The notes: generated by a model from the sequence alone, not told the origin. Shown: positions 28,215-38,513, counted from the first letter of the stretch. The stretch: 64,000 bases of DNA from an uncultured Gammaproteobacteria bacterium (GCA_964633905.1 CAZWIT010000001.1:65535-129534), one strand, 5' to 3'. A program made the numbers and translations.

Positions 28215-28284
28215 TTGACAAGTTTTTTGCTTAAGCGTATATTTAATGTAGCTAGTATAGACGGCTTAAATTCTTGCGACGGCT
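28215..28284 (+). promoter_or_regulatory. Sigma70 promoter followed by two GACGGCT motifs
   Basis: TTGACA 28215-17-TATATT 28238; GACGGCT at 28260 and 28278. Confidence 0.6.
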
Positions 28285-28314
28285 ATACAAATTGTCCGCT
28301 AAATTTAAATATTT

Positions 28315-28512
28315 ATGTTAAGAATAGCAAAAAGTAATTTATTATCAAAAATATATTGGCCTTTTGTCTTTATTTTGATAATTTTAATTTCTTTATTATT
28401 TTTAATATTTGGCTGGATTTTTTATTTAGCTGATTGTTTATTTTTTCAAAAATCTTTAGAGCGTAAAATCAAGAAAAGCGTTTTGGAGGATAAAATTATT
28501 TTAAACAATTAA
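28315..28512 (+). CDS. Small membrane protein
   Basis: 65 aa, one long hydrophobic stretch, directly after a promoter. Confidence 0.45.
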   Translation: MLRIAKSNLLSKIYWPFVFILIILISLLFLIFGWIFYLADCLFFQKSLERKIKKSVLEDKIILNN

Positions 28513-28537
28513 TCAAAATTATATGTCGAGGTTAAAA
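28474..28537 (+). repeat. 64-bp direct repeat, copy 1
   Basis: 62/64 identical to 31140..31203. Confidence 0.95.
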
Positions 28538-28551
28538 TTATTTAATACCTT

Positions 28552-31068
28552 ATGTCTTTAAATAAAGAATCATCATTTAGTTTTGATAACGTTTTTAATG
28601 AAAAAACGGAGTTTGTGCAATATACTCTGGATACTTATAACCGTATTTATAATTTACCTACAATCAAATACGAGGGGGATGTTTCGGATGAATTATTTGC
28701 TTATGTGCAAAAAAGGAATTTTTTTGTACTTTTAGTTATCTATGATGGGAGTGGTCGTATATTTCTGGAAAGAAATTTACAAGAACAACTTTACTGGTCT
28801 TTGCCTGGTGGTAGCATTTTAAAAAATGAAGATATTCATACGGCGGTTAGAAGAATTTCTGAGAGAATACAAACAGATGGTAATAAAATGATTTTAGGTG
28901 AGATTGAACCAATTGCTTTTATCAAGAATAAATTTAATTGTCAGGATAATAGTTTTGTGCATCATGGTATAGCCTTTACTGCTAGGATTAGAAATTTTAA
29001 AGAGATTAATTGTGACGAATCTTTGGGGGCATTTATTCATCCAACTGATCAAGAGATTGATAAAATTAATAGGTATGCTAATCAGCAGGTGGTAAAATTA
29101 GTCTTGAGCAGATTAAAGTTTTTTGATACGCCTTTTCCAGAAATAGAGGTTGCTACTAATGAAAATTGTGCTTGGCGATATTTTATTCATAATAAGTTCG
29201 TTAAAAAATTTATTTTAACTTCAAGAATCAAGAAAAGATCAGAATTTTTAGATAAAATAAAAAATCTAATCGGTGAAGCTGGTAGTTTCATAGATGTCTC
29301 TTGTGGTGATAGTGATATTATTAATAGTGTTAATAATGAAAAGTTTAATTATTTGGTGGCTAATGATATTAGTTGGAGTCAAATAAAGTCTATTCAGAGT
29401 AACGATAAGAAAATTATTTTTACTAATCATAATGCGACTTATTTACCATTTAAGGAAAATTCTTTTGCTGTAGCATATTGCGCTAATACCTTGCACCACA
29501 TGTCTTCTAAAAAAGAGTTGTTAAAATTATTGGATAGTATTTTTAGAGTTGCTGAAAAATTGATTATTGTAGAGATAGAAAAACCAAATAATTCAGGCCT
29601 TATTCCATATTTTTTACATAAATATTGGTATGCCGGTTTTTTAAAAGATGTTGGTGGCGCTTATCTATCACGTCAAGATTTTTATAGTATCATTTCTTCA
29701 CATTTTGAAAAAAATGCTAGTATAAAATTTGATAATTTTTCCAATATTCAAGGAAATTATTTGATAGCCGAAATATCAAAAAAGAAAAAATCAGACTTAT
29801 CAACTCGAAAAATTATTGAGGTAGAGGCTAAATATATTTGTAAGGATATTTTAGCATTAATTAAAGAGTGCCAAAAAAAAGGTTTTATTTTACAAAAAGA
29901 CTTGTTGGAAAAAGATGAATATTTTACTGATATTAATGGGCAATTTGTTAAAGATAGAACTTGTTTAAGATTGCGTAGTAATAATGATAAACTGGAGTTG
30001 ACTTTTAAGGGCAAGTCCCAAGTGCCATCTAATTTTTATTTGAAAGAAGAGCATAATATTATTTTAGACATTAGACAATATAATGATTATCAAGAGATGA
30101 TTAATTCTTTAGGTTATCATAATTATGTTGAGGTCAAGAAAAAGCGTCGGGTATACCTTAAACAAGAAGTAGACTTTGCTATAGCTGTAGTTTTAGATGA
30201 GTTGCAAAATATTGGTTCATTTGTAGAATTTGAGATTAGTTATATTCGCGGCCAAAATTCACATTCAGAGGATGATTTTGTCAATATTTTTGATAAAATA
30301 GTAGATGAATTTAAGGTTTGTGGTTTAACGCCAGCGGACGAACCTTATCGGGATTATGTCGCGAAATTTTATGCTAATAATATTTTAAATAAAGATAAAT
30401 TAAGCACTATTTTATTTGATTTTGATGGCACAATCGCTCCATCTGAACAGATTTTTTTTGATGCTTACAAAAAAACAGCGACAGAGTTTTTTGGGCAACA
30501 AATCTCAATAGATGATTATCGTAAATTTGAGTTGGATCAAGAAGGCTGGTTATTTGATCATCTTTCAGCTGGTTCCATAAATGGCAATAGGATTTTTGGC
30601 AAAGAAACATTTATGGAGGCAGTTTATCTTGAATACGAAAATTTATTAGTTAAAATATTTAATAATAATAGTTTATTTTTAAATTTACATGGCATAGAGA
30701 TGCTAAAAAAGAAAGGCTATAAATTAGGGTTGGTTTCTTCCTCTAAAAGAAAATATATTGATTTAATATTAAATAATCTAAATCAAAATGGATTATTTGA
30801 TGTTATTATAGCCAGAGAAGATGTTGATAATTTGAAGCCTACACCTGATCCTTATTTGTTAGCTATGGATAAATTAGCAGTTAAAGCAGATGAGTGTCTG
30901 GCTGTAGAAGATTCTAACAAAGGTATTATGGCAGCAACCCAAGCTAAAATTAATTGTGTATCAGTTCGTAAAGATTCTATTTATGAAGAATATAATAATA
31001 GTAAATACGGTGATAGATCATTTGCTAGCGTTTTGCAAATTTGTTTGATTTTGTTATATGCAGATTAA
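28552..31068 (+). CDS. Four-domain fusion: NUDIX-like, class I SAM methyltransferase, CYTH, HAD phosphatase
   Basis: WSLPGG..EDI; IDVSCGD..NTLHH; IEVEAKY..LRLR..TFKG..FVEFE; FDFDGT..KPTPD..EDS. Confidence 0.82.
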   Translation: MSLNKESSFSFDNVFNEKTEFVQYTLDTYNRIYNLPTIKYEGDVSDELFAYVQKRNFFVLLVIYDGSGRIFLERNLQEQLYWSLPGGSILKNEDIHTAVRRISERIQTDGNKMILGEIEPIAFIKNKFNCQDNSFVHHGIAFTARIRNFKEINCDESLGAFIHPTDQEIDKINRYANQQVVKLVLSRLKFFDTPFPEIEVATNENCAWRYFIHNKFVKKFILTSRIKKRSEFLDKIKNLIGEAGSFIDVSCGDSDIINSVNNEKFNYLVANDISWSQIKSIQSNDKKIIFTNHNATYLPFKENSFAVAYCANTLHHMSSKKELLKLLDSIFRVAEKLIIVEIEKPNNSGLIPYFLHKYWYAGFLKDVGGAYLSRQDFYSIISSHFEKNASIKFDNFSNIQGNYLIAEISKKKKSDLSTRKIIEVEAKYICKDILALIKECQKKGFILQKDLLEKDEYFTDINGQFVKDRTCLRLRSNNDKLELTFKGKSQVPSNFYLKEEHNIILDIRQYNDYQEMINSLGYHNYVEVKKKRRVYLKQEVDFAIAVVLDELQNIGSFVEFEISYIRGQNSHSEDDFVNIFDKIVDEFKVCGLTPADEPYRDYVAKFYANNILNKDKLSTILFDFDGTIAPSEQIFFDAYKKTATEFFGQQISIDDYRKFELDQEGWLFDHLSAGSINGNRIFGKETFMEAVYLEYENLLVKIFNNNSLFLNLHGIEMLKKKGYKLGLVSSSKRKYIDLILNNLNQNGLFDVIIAREDVDNLKPTPDPYLLAMDKLAVKADECLAVEDSNKGIMAATQAKINCVSVRKDSIYEEYNNSKYGDRSFASVLQICLILLYAD

Positions 31069-31139
31069 TTATTGATAAGTACATAAAAGTAGTCATTTTT
31101 TAAAAAATATATATTTATTAAAGTAACTTTATAAATAAT

Positions 31140-31203
31140 AAAAGCGTTTTGGAGGATAAAATTATTTTAAACAATTAATCAAAATTATATGCTGAGGTTA
31201 AAA
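31140..31203 (+). repeat. 64-bp direct repeat, copy 2
   Basis: AAAAGCGTTTTGGAGGATAAAATTATTTTAAACAATTAATCAAAATTATATG(CT/TC)GAGGTTAAAA. Confidence 0.95.
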
Positions 31204-31215
31204 GCAAAATTTAAA

Positions 31216-34200
31216 ATGAAAATAAAAATTTTTAGTTTGGCTATTTTATTGCTGCTCAATAATTTTGCTTATTTACCAAAAGTAAGCGCGCAGGCAAAAA
31301 TAGTTGAGCCAGTAATGCCAGCGGATTTAAATATAGACGAATCAGTTTTGTCTTTGCCAATACCAGAAGAAGTAAAGCCAATTTTGATTGATCCTGATTT
31401 AAAACCGGATTTATTGCCAATAGAAGAGCCTGGTGATATTTTGGCAATAGAGCCAAAGCCAGGCAATCTAGAAATAGAGACTTTGACCGAAGAAGATCCT
31501 GAACCAAATTTTGATAAAGGCGAAAACAAAATTTCTTTAGAAAAATTAAATTTAAAAACCGAAGGCAATTCTGGGGCTTTGGTTTATGATTTTCCTTTAG
31601 CTATTCCTCAAGGCAGAAATGGTTTGCAGCCCAATCTTGCCTTAAGCTACAATAATCAAGATACAGAAAAATTAAATCAGTTTGGCTATGGGTGGTCTTT
31701 AAATCTTCCCAGTATCAAAAGAATTAATAAAAAAGGTTCGGATAATCTCTATGCTGAATCTTTTTTTAGTTCTTCCTTATCGGGTGAATTAAAATTAGTA
31801 AATTCCCTTGATGGTCTGCATGGTGAATATCAAGCTGAAGTAGAATCTGGTGATTTTATTAAATATGAATTAACTGAAAGTAATTATTGGCAAGCAACTG
31901 ATAAAACAGGTAATATCTATACTTTTGGTGTTGCTACCAGTTCTCGTCAAGATAATCCTAGTGATCAAGCTCAGATTTACCAGTGGTTTTTAAGTGAAAC
32001 TCGGGACACTAATGATAATTATATAAAATATGAATATTTTAAGGATGCTGGTCAGATTTATCCTGATACCATAACTTATACTGGTAATGATACAACAGAT
32101 GGTATTTTTACTATTGAGTTTTTAAGAGAAACAAGAGCTGATAATTTAGACTCTAATAACACTGGTTTTAATGTTATTAATAATTATCGTATTTCGGAAA
32201 TAGATATTAGTATTAATGATAATTGGGTTAAAAAATATGAACTGGATTATATTACTAGTAATAACGGTCAAAGCTCATATTTAGATACTATTTTAGAAAG
32301 TGCTAAAGATGAAAGTAATAATATAGTTAGTTTACCAATAAATGACTTTGATTATCAGGAAACTGTTAAAAGTTTTACCTTAGAAGAAAATTATGAGTTT
32401 CCTTTAATTTTTCATTATGATTACGGTAACACTGAGAAAGACCAGGGTGTAAGATTGGCTGATGTTAACGGCGATGGATATATAGACGCAGTCCATGCTT
32501 ATTATCGTGAATATTATCAGGAAGAGCAGCACTACGTTCTTGATTATAAAGATGTATATATAAATGACGGCAATGGTCATTGGAATTTAGATGAAACTTA
32601 CAATTTCCCAGAGTATTTTTTATTTTATGATGGTGATCAGGGTGTTAGATTAGATGATGTTAATGGCGATGGCCTGGCTGATGTGGTCAGGGCTTATTAT
32701 CGTGAGTATGACCAAGAGGGACAACATTATATTAATGACTATAAATATGTTTACATTAATAATGGTCATGGTTGGGATTTAGATGAAAACTATGAACTAC
32801 CAACTTATTTTATTTCATATTACAAAGAAAGAGGCGTGAGATTAACGGATGTAAATGGGGATGGCTTAGTAGATTTTGCTAAATCTTACTATGTTTGGAA
32901 CGGTAGTACAGAGTATATATATAAAGAGGTCTATATAAATGACGGCAATGGTAATTGGAATTTAGATGAAAGTTATGATATTCCTGTATATTTTAATTAT
33001 ATGAGCTGGGGTACAGACAGCAATCAAGGTGTGGAATTAGCTGATGTAAACGGAGATAATTTAGTCGATATTTTAAGATCATCCCATATTGTAAATAGTA
33101 ATGAATATATTATTAAAGAGGTCTATATAAATGACGGCAATGGTAATTGGAATTTAGATGAAAGTTATGATATACCAGTGTATTTCTACTATATTAGTTG
33201 GAGTACTGTAGTTGATGAGGGTGTAAAGTTAATGGATATCAATAAAGATAATTTAGTTGATTTTGTAAAATCTTATGGAGTATCTAGTAACGAATATCAA
33301 GAAGTATATATTAACAATGGTCATGGTTGGGATTTAGATGAAAGTTATACTTTACCAATAGATTTTTCTAGAAGTGGAGATAGAGGTGTACGAATAGGAG
33401 ATGCTGATGGAGATGATATAGGGGGTTTGATTCAGGGTTTGCGTTGGTGGAATTCACAAGGGTCTCATGATGAACAAAAGGTTTATCTTAACAACGCCAA
33501 AATCGAATCTCTCTCTACTATTAAAAACAGTCAAGGCTCAGAAATAAATATTAGTTATCAGCCATCTACACAATATAAAGATCAAAGTGGCAATCTACTT
33601 AATCCTAACCTGCCTTTTGTAGTGCAAACAGTTAAACAAATCACTATTAATGATGGTTTAGATAATGAATCAACTATCGATTATCAATATAGTGATGGTC
33701 AGTATTATTATAATAATCCCGAGCAAAGAAAAGTAGCTGGCTTTGGTCAAGTAGAAAAAATTATTGATGATACTAAAACCATTACTTATTATCACCAAGG
33801 CAATGAATCAAATTCTAGCCAAGGCGAATATCAAGATAGCTATTATAAAATCGGCAAACCATATCGTAGTGAAACTTATGATAATAATAGTAATAATTTG
33901 CTTTCTCAAGAATTATATAAATGGGAAGAAACTGATTTAGGTCATAATAATAAATTTGTTTATAACACTTTAAAATCTAGCACTGACTTTACTGGAGCTA
34001 CTAAGTCAACAGCTATCCAATATAATTATGATTTAACTTCAGGAAATTTGTTAACGGAAAATAATCTGGGTGAAGTAGTTGTTAATACTGATACTGGTGA
34101 AATCACTAGTCAACTAACTGGTGATGAAAAAGATACAGCTTATGCTTATGCTGAAAATATAGAGGATCATATTTTAGCAGCACCAATGACTAAAGTAATT

Positions 34201-37200
34201 AGTGATAACTCGGATAGTAAAGAGCAAAATCTTTATTATGATAACTCTTTGGTTTTAGGACAAGTAGAAAAAGTAAATTTAACCAAAGAGGATTATCTTG
34301 AGCAAGATGTTGAAGTTAATAGAAATTTTAACAATCTTGGCTTAGTAACTGAAGAAATATCGCCTGAAAATGCTACTACCACTATTGCTTACGATAGTAA
34401 TAATTTATATCCAGCTTCTTCTACTAATGCTTTAAACCAAGTTAGTTATACAGAGTATAATTTACTCAATGGTCAAGTAGCAACTACAACTGCTTCTAAT
34501 GGACTGACAACAGTTAATAAATATGATGCTTTTGGTAGGTTAAAAGAAGTATGGATTTCTAATCCTGATAGTCCTTCAAATTTAATTAAAAAACAAGAAA
34601 TCAGCTATCAGGATATTACTTTACCAAGATATAAAGAAAGCAAAGATTATTTTGATAATAATCTCTACACTACTACGCGCGAGTATTACGACGGTTTAGA
34701 CAGAGTTATTCAGAAAAAAAGCAGCTTAGCTAGCACAAATGAGTTTACTACCCTTGATATTAGTTATGATTCACAAGGCAGGGTAGCTAGACAATCTTTG
34801 CCGTATATTACTAGTAGTATTGTCTACAGTAGTGCTGATTTATCAAAGCCTGCCAAAACTTATACCTATGACGCTTTAGGCAGAGTTTTGACAGAAGTAA
34901 CACCAGTGGGGGCTACTAACTATGATTATAATGGTTTTACTACTCAAATTACTGATGCTAATAATAATCGTAAGGATTTGACTAAAGATGCCTACGGTAA
35001 TTTAGTGCAAGTCAAAGAATACAATGGCGCCAGTGTCTATACTACAAATTACGAATATACTTTGACTAATAAGCTGAAAAAGATTACTGACTCGTCTGGT
35101 AATATTAGAAACTTTAGCTATGACGCTCTAGATAATCTAGCTTGGCAAGATATGGTGCACAAAACATCGGTTAGCAATCCGGCTAAGATTCAATACACCT
35201 ATGATAAAAATGGCAACGTCTTAACGGAAACATCTTTTAAGAATGATGCTATATCTTACACTTACGATGATATTAATCGACCCTTATTAGAAAAATTAAG
35301 TGGCAATACTAAAATTAGTTATACTTATGATCAACATGGCGATATTGGCCAGCTAAGTTTTGCCGATTATGGCAATGGCAATTCTAAGGCCTATGATTAT
35401 GATATTTTGGGTAGAGTCAAAACAGCTACTACCACCATTGCCAATGAAGTATTTGTCATGGAGTTTGACTATAATTTAGCTGGCGCTTTAAAGATAATAA
35501 AGTATCCAGACAATAAGACAGTTAGCTACAACTTTAATGCTATTGGTCAAGTAAGCGGTGTGAATTTAGCTACTTCTACTTTGGCTACAAATATCACTTA
35601 TAATCAAAACGGCCAGATGACGCATGTAGAAAGGGCTAGTGGCGTGACTACTGATTATACTTATGATCCAGCGCAAGCTTTTCGCTTAACTAGAATTTTA
35701 TCTACCCAAGCTACTTCCACTTTGCAAGATCTTAATTATACTTATGATAACGTAGGTAATATTTTGACTTTAGTTGATAATGCTAATATGGATCTTAAAA
35801 AATCAGCTACTTATGCCTATGATGATTTAAATAGGCTACTCACAGCCACGGTCAGTTATCCTAATCATCCTGATAAAAATTATACGCAAAGCTTCACTTA
35901 CGACAGTATTGGTAATATGACCAGTAATTCTGACTTAGGCACTTTAAACTATAACAATGGTCAGCCACATCAATTATCTAGCTATGGTTCTAGAAACTTC
36001 CAATATGATGCAGCTGGTAATATGACTAGAAACGGCGGTATTAATAAATTCTCTTGGGACTATCGTAATCGTTTAAGTCTGTCTAACGACATTGTCTCAA
36101 ATAATAATACTTATTACCAATATGATCATAATAACCAAAGATTCTTAAAATATACTGAAGACTATGTCTTTATCCCTCCAGATATTGAAGAAACACCAAC
36201 GGTACAAGGCAGTATGATGCAGGCAGAAGGTTTGGATGGTGGTGAAGAACAGCTAGATGGAGTCGGTCATTGGGAATGGCAGAGGATAAAAGAGGATAAG
36301 TATATTGAAAATTATTTTGAAAAAAATGAGACTGATCAGACTAAAGCACATATTTATTTAAACTCTATCAAGATAGCAACTATTAATAATAATGATAATC
36401 CATATTATATTTTAGGAGATCATCTGAATTCTAGTTCAATATTAACAGATGGCTCTGGTGCTACGGCTCAATTGTCAGATTACAAGCCATTTGGTAGTAT
36501 TAACTATGATAACAAGCTCGTTGATTTGAAAAATGATTATAGTTTTACTGGACAGGAGTATGACGAAGAGTCTAGTTTGCAGTATTATGGGGCTCGGTAT
36601 ATGGATAATGAGATAGGGAGGTTTACTAGTGTAGATCCAGTAATAATTCAAGTAGAGTCTTTATCTAAAATATTAGCAGATCCTCAATCCCTAAATAGCT
36701 ATGTTTATAGCAGAAATAACCCAATAATATTAGTAGATAAAGATGGTAATTTTTGGCAAATATTTACAGCCGGAGTTGGGGCAGTAGGTGGTGCTATTTG
36801 GGGCGCCAAAGATAGCTATAACATGGTTAAGAATACTTTTCAGGGTAATTTTGACGCCGCTGCATATTATAGTGAAAGATCATTAAATAAATTAGGTACA
36901 GGTTTTATGGTAGGTCTTGGAGTTGGTGAGTTGGCCAAGCCATTTGTACAGACTTATGCGCCTAATACTTATAATGCTATAAATGGCAGTAAGTCTTTGC
37001 CTGTGTTAACTGATAAAGTTGGCGATCCTGGTCAAGGGTATTATCCTGGAAGAAATACGGGATTTAAATTAGATTCACAAGGGAGAATCTTAGACGGTAA
37101 AAATTTAGCTAATGGTAATTATAAAGTAGTAGTAAAAAATAACAATGTTATATTTGGCAAGGAAAAAAGCATTCCGGGCGGTGGTGATGACTTTAGTCAT

Positions 37201-37386
37201 GCAGATTTAGTAAATGGAGGAGATGTTAATTTTGCTGGTACTATGAGATTTAAAAATGGTCAACTACAATCATATAACGAATGGTCTGGGCATTATCAAG
37301 GAAAAGGTAATCAATGGGTGTTAGAGCAACAATTTGAAAAGTCCGGAATAAATTATAGAAATAAATTTGTAGATGTTTCGTATTAA
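31216..37386 (+). CDS. Large secreted Rhs toxin: signal peptide, SpvB/TcB-like, FG-GAP repeats, YD repeats, Rhs core, C-terminal toxin
   Basis: PQGRNGLQPNLALSY, FGYGWSL, DVNGDG repeats, YDAFGR/YDALGR, NSYVYSRNNP..DKDG, C-terminal HADL..FAGT..NEWSGHY. Confidence 0.9.
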   Translation: MKIKIFSLAILLLLNNFAYLPKVSAQAKIVEPVMPADLNIDESVLSLPIPEEVKPILIDPDLKPDLLPIEEPGDILAIEPKPGNLEIETLTEEDPEPNFDKGENKISLEKLNLKTEGNSGALVYDFPLAIPQGRNGLQPNLALSYNNQDTEKLNQFGYGWSLNLPSIKRINKKGSDNLYAESFFSSSLSGELKLVNSLDGLHGEYQAEVESGDFIKYELTESNYWQATDKTGNIYTFGVATSSRQDNPSDQAQIYQWFLSETRDTNDNYIKYEYFKDAGQIYPDTITYTGNDTTDGIFTIEFLRETRADNLDSNNTGFNVINNYRISEIDISINDNWVKKYELDYITSNNGQSSYLDTILESAKDESNNIVSLPINDFDYQETVKSFTLEENYEFPLIFHYDYGNTEKDQGVRLADVNGDGYIDAVHAYYREYYQEEQHYVLDYKDVYINDGNGHWNLDETYNFPEYFLFYDGDQGVRLDDVNGDGLADVVRAYYREYDQEGQHYINDYKYVYINNGHGWDLDENYELPTYFISYYKERGVRLTDVNGDGLVDFAKSYYVWNGSTEYIYKEVYINDGNGNWNLDESYDIPVYFNYMSWGTDSNQGVELADVNGDNLVDILRSSHIVNSNEYIIKEVYINDGNGNWNLDESYDIPVYFYYISWSTVVDEGVKLMDINKDNLVDFVKSYGVSSNEYQEVYINNGHGWDLDESYTLPIDFSRSGDRGVRIGDADGDDIGGLIQGLRWWNSQGSHDEQKVYLNNAKIESLSTIKNSQGSEINISYQPSTQYKDQSGNLLNPNLPFVVQTVKQITINDGLDNESTIDYQYSDGQYYYNNPEQRKVAGFGQVEKIIDDTKTITYYHQGNESNSSQGEYQDSYYKIGKPYRSETYDNNSNNLLSQELYKWEETDLGHNNKFVYNTLKSSTDFTGATKSTAIQYNYDLTSGNLLTENNLGEVVVNTDTGEITSQLTGDEKDTAYAYAENIEDHILAAPMTKVISDNSDSKEQNLYYDNSLVLGQVEKVNLTKEDYLEQDVEVNRNFNNLGLVTEEISPENATTTIAYDSNNLYPASSTNALNQVSYTEYNLLNGQVATTTASNGLTTVNKYDAFGRLKEVWISNPDSPSNLIKKQEISYQDITLPRYKESKDYFDNNLYTTTREYYDGLDRVIQKKSSLASTNEFTTLDISYDSQGRVARQSLPYITSSIVYSSADLSKPAKTYTYDALGRVLTEVTPVGATNYDYNGFTTQITDANNNRKDLTKDAYGNLVQVKEYNGASVYTTNYEYTLTNKLKKITDSSGNIRNFSYDALDNLAWQDMVHKTSVSNPAKIQYTYDKNGNVLTETSFKNDAISYTYDDINRPLLEKLSGNTKISYTYDQHGDIGQLSFADYGNGNSKAYDYDILGRVKTATTTIANEVFVMEFDYNLAGALKIIKYPDNKTVSYNFNAIGQVSGVNLATSTLATNITYNQNGQMTHVERASGVTTDYTYDPAQAFRLTRILSTQATSTLQDLNYTYDNVGNILTLVDNANMDLKKSATYAYDDLNRLLTATVSYPNHPDKNYTQSFTYDSIGNMTSNSDLGTLNYNNGQPHQLSSYGSRNFQYDAAGNMTRNGGINKFSWDYRNRLSLSNDIVSNNNTYYQYDHNNQRFLKYTEDYVFIPPDIEETPTVQGSMMQAEGLDGGEEQLDGVGHWEWQRIKEDKYIENYFEKNETDQTKAHIYLNSIKIATINNNDNPYYILGDHLNSSSILTDGSGATAQLSDYKPFGSINYDNKLVDLKNDYSFTGQEYDEESSLQYYGARYMDNEIGRFTSVDPVIIQVESLSKILADPQSLNSYVYSRNNPIILVDKDGNFWQIFTAGVGAVGGAIWGAKDSYNMVKNTFQGNFDAAAYYSERSLNKLGTGFMVGLGVGELAKPFVQTYAPNTYNAINGSKSLPVLTDKVGDPGQGYYPGRNTGFKLDSQGRILDGKNLANGNYKVVVKNNNVIFGKEKSIPGGGDDFSHADLVNGGDVNFAGTMRFKNGQLQSYNEWSGHYQGKGNQWVLEQQFEKSGINYRNKFVDVSY

Positions 37387-37408
37387 TTTAGATAAATAAT
37401 ATTAAATT

Positions 37409-37948
37409 ATGGACATAAAAGAAATTTATAAAAAAATTATTGAACTATCATCGCAGATTTTTAATAATGATGAAGAGCAACATAAGATTGATAATAAGAT
37501 AGAAAGATTGATTGAAGAGGTTAATATAAAACTAAGATCTTTAACTGATGAGGAAAAGGATAGATTGTTATTGCCATTTTTAAATGACTTCCATAGGTTT
37601 AAATATAGAACTTATATATTAAGGACTTTGGAAAATGTTTCCACATTTAATATTAACAATTTTTTATTAGGTGAGATTTTGTTGGAAAATGATGTGTCAG
37701 GGGTAATCCCATATTTACGTATTGTTTCTTTATCAACCGGTAAAGATATTATTAAGAATCAAATAAATGATATTTATATTTCTAACAAAGTTATTCCCGA
37801 AACAAAAGAATTTAATAATCTTTGTGTGTTACTATTTTATATTGGTATTAGACAAGATGTTGCTAATAAAATGAAGCAAGATATTAATAAATTAGGTCCG
37901 AATTCAAAGAAATTCATAACTCATATATTAGAGAACTATAAGTCATAA
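37409..37948 (+). CDS. Putative cognate immunity protein
   Basis: Immediately downstream of the Rhs toxin, very AT-rich, helical. Confidence 0.6.
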   Translation: MDIKEIYKKIIELSSQIFNNDEEQHKIDNKIERLIEEVNIKLRSLTDEEKDRLLLPFLNDFHRFKYRTYILRTLENVSTFNINNFLLGEILLENDVSGVIPYLRIVSLSTGKDIIKNQINDIYISNKVIPETKEFNNLCVLLFYIGIRQDVANKMKQDINKLGPNSKKFITHILENYKS

Positions 37949-37963
37949 TTTAAAATAGATATT

Positions 37964-38386
37964 ATGTTAAATTATGAAAATGTTTTAGAAAAATTATTAG
38001 ATTATGTCCCTAAATTGAATAATTATAATGATTATAAGTATATTTCTGACAATGGAAATAGGAATAATCAGTATGTAGTTTTTGGTGTATTGCAGAATTT
38101 TTTTAAAGAAGTCTTTAAGGAAAAGAAGATTAAGATTTTAGAAAGTATATCAAAATTTTTAGAAGAAGCCTGTTCATCTGACGATCTTAAACTTAAAGAA
38201 TTAGGGATGTTCGGATTTATGGAGAATCTTTACGGAAATCCTGAAGATTTTGATAAAGATATGTTGGATTACTTTGGTAAAAATACTAAACAAGTATTAA
38301 TTGATACAGTAGAACACAACTCCAAAATAGGCATGGAAGATAAGGAAAAAATTTATAAACTATTCGGTGATAAATTGAATAAATAA
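37964..38386 (+). CDS. Putative second or orphan immunity protein
   Basis: Tandem small acidic helical ORF (YVVFG..FLEE..GFMENL) after the toxin/immunity pair. Confidence 0.55.
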   Translation: MLNYENVLEKLLDYVPKLNNYNDYKYISDNGNRNNQYVVFGVLQNFFKEVFKEKKIKILESISKFLEEACSSDDLKLKELGMFGFMENLYGNPEDFDKDMLDYFGKNTKQVLIDTVEHNSKIGMEDKEKIYKLFGDKLNK

Positions 38387-38513
38387 ATATTAGATAATTG
38401 CTCAAAGAAGTAGTTAAATCAAAAATCTTTTCCCTTTAAAAATAATCTCAAAAATGTTATAATACCTCTGCCTCTAGTAGAGGTATTAGCCTTTAATTTT
38501 AAAGAAAAATACT

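Noticed and set aside
31189-31215. ATG at 31189 as the Rhs start
   Set aside because: It lies within the duplicated 64-bp repeat; ATG at 31216 gives a typical signal peptide
26288-38386. Prophage or integrative element
   Set aside because: No integrase, terminase, capsid or conjugation genes seen
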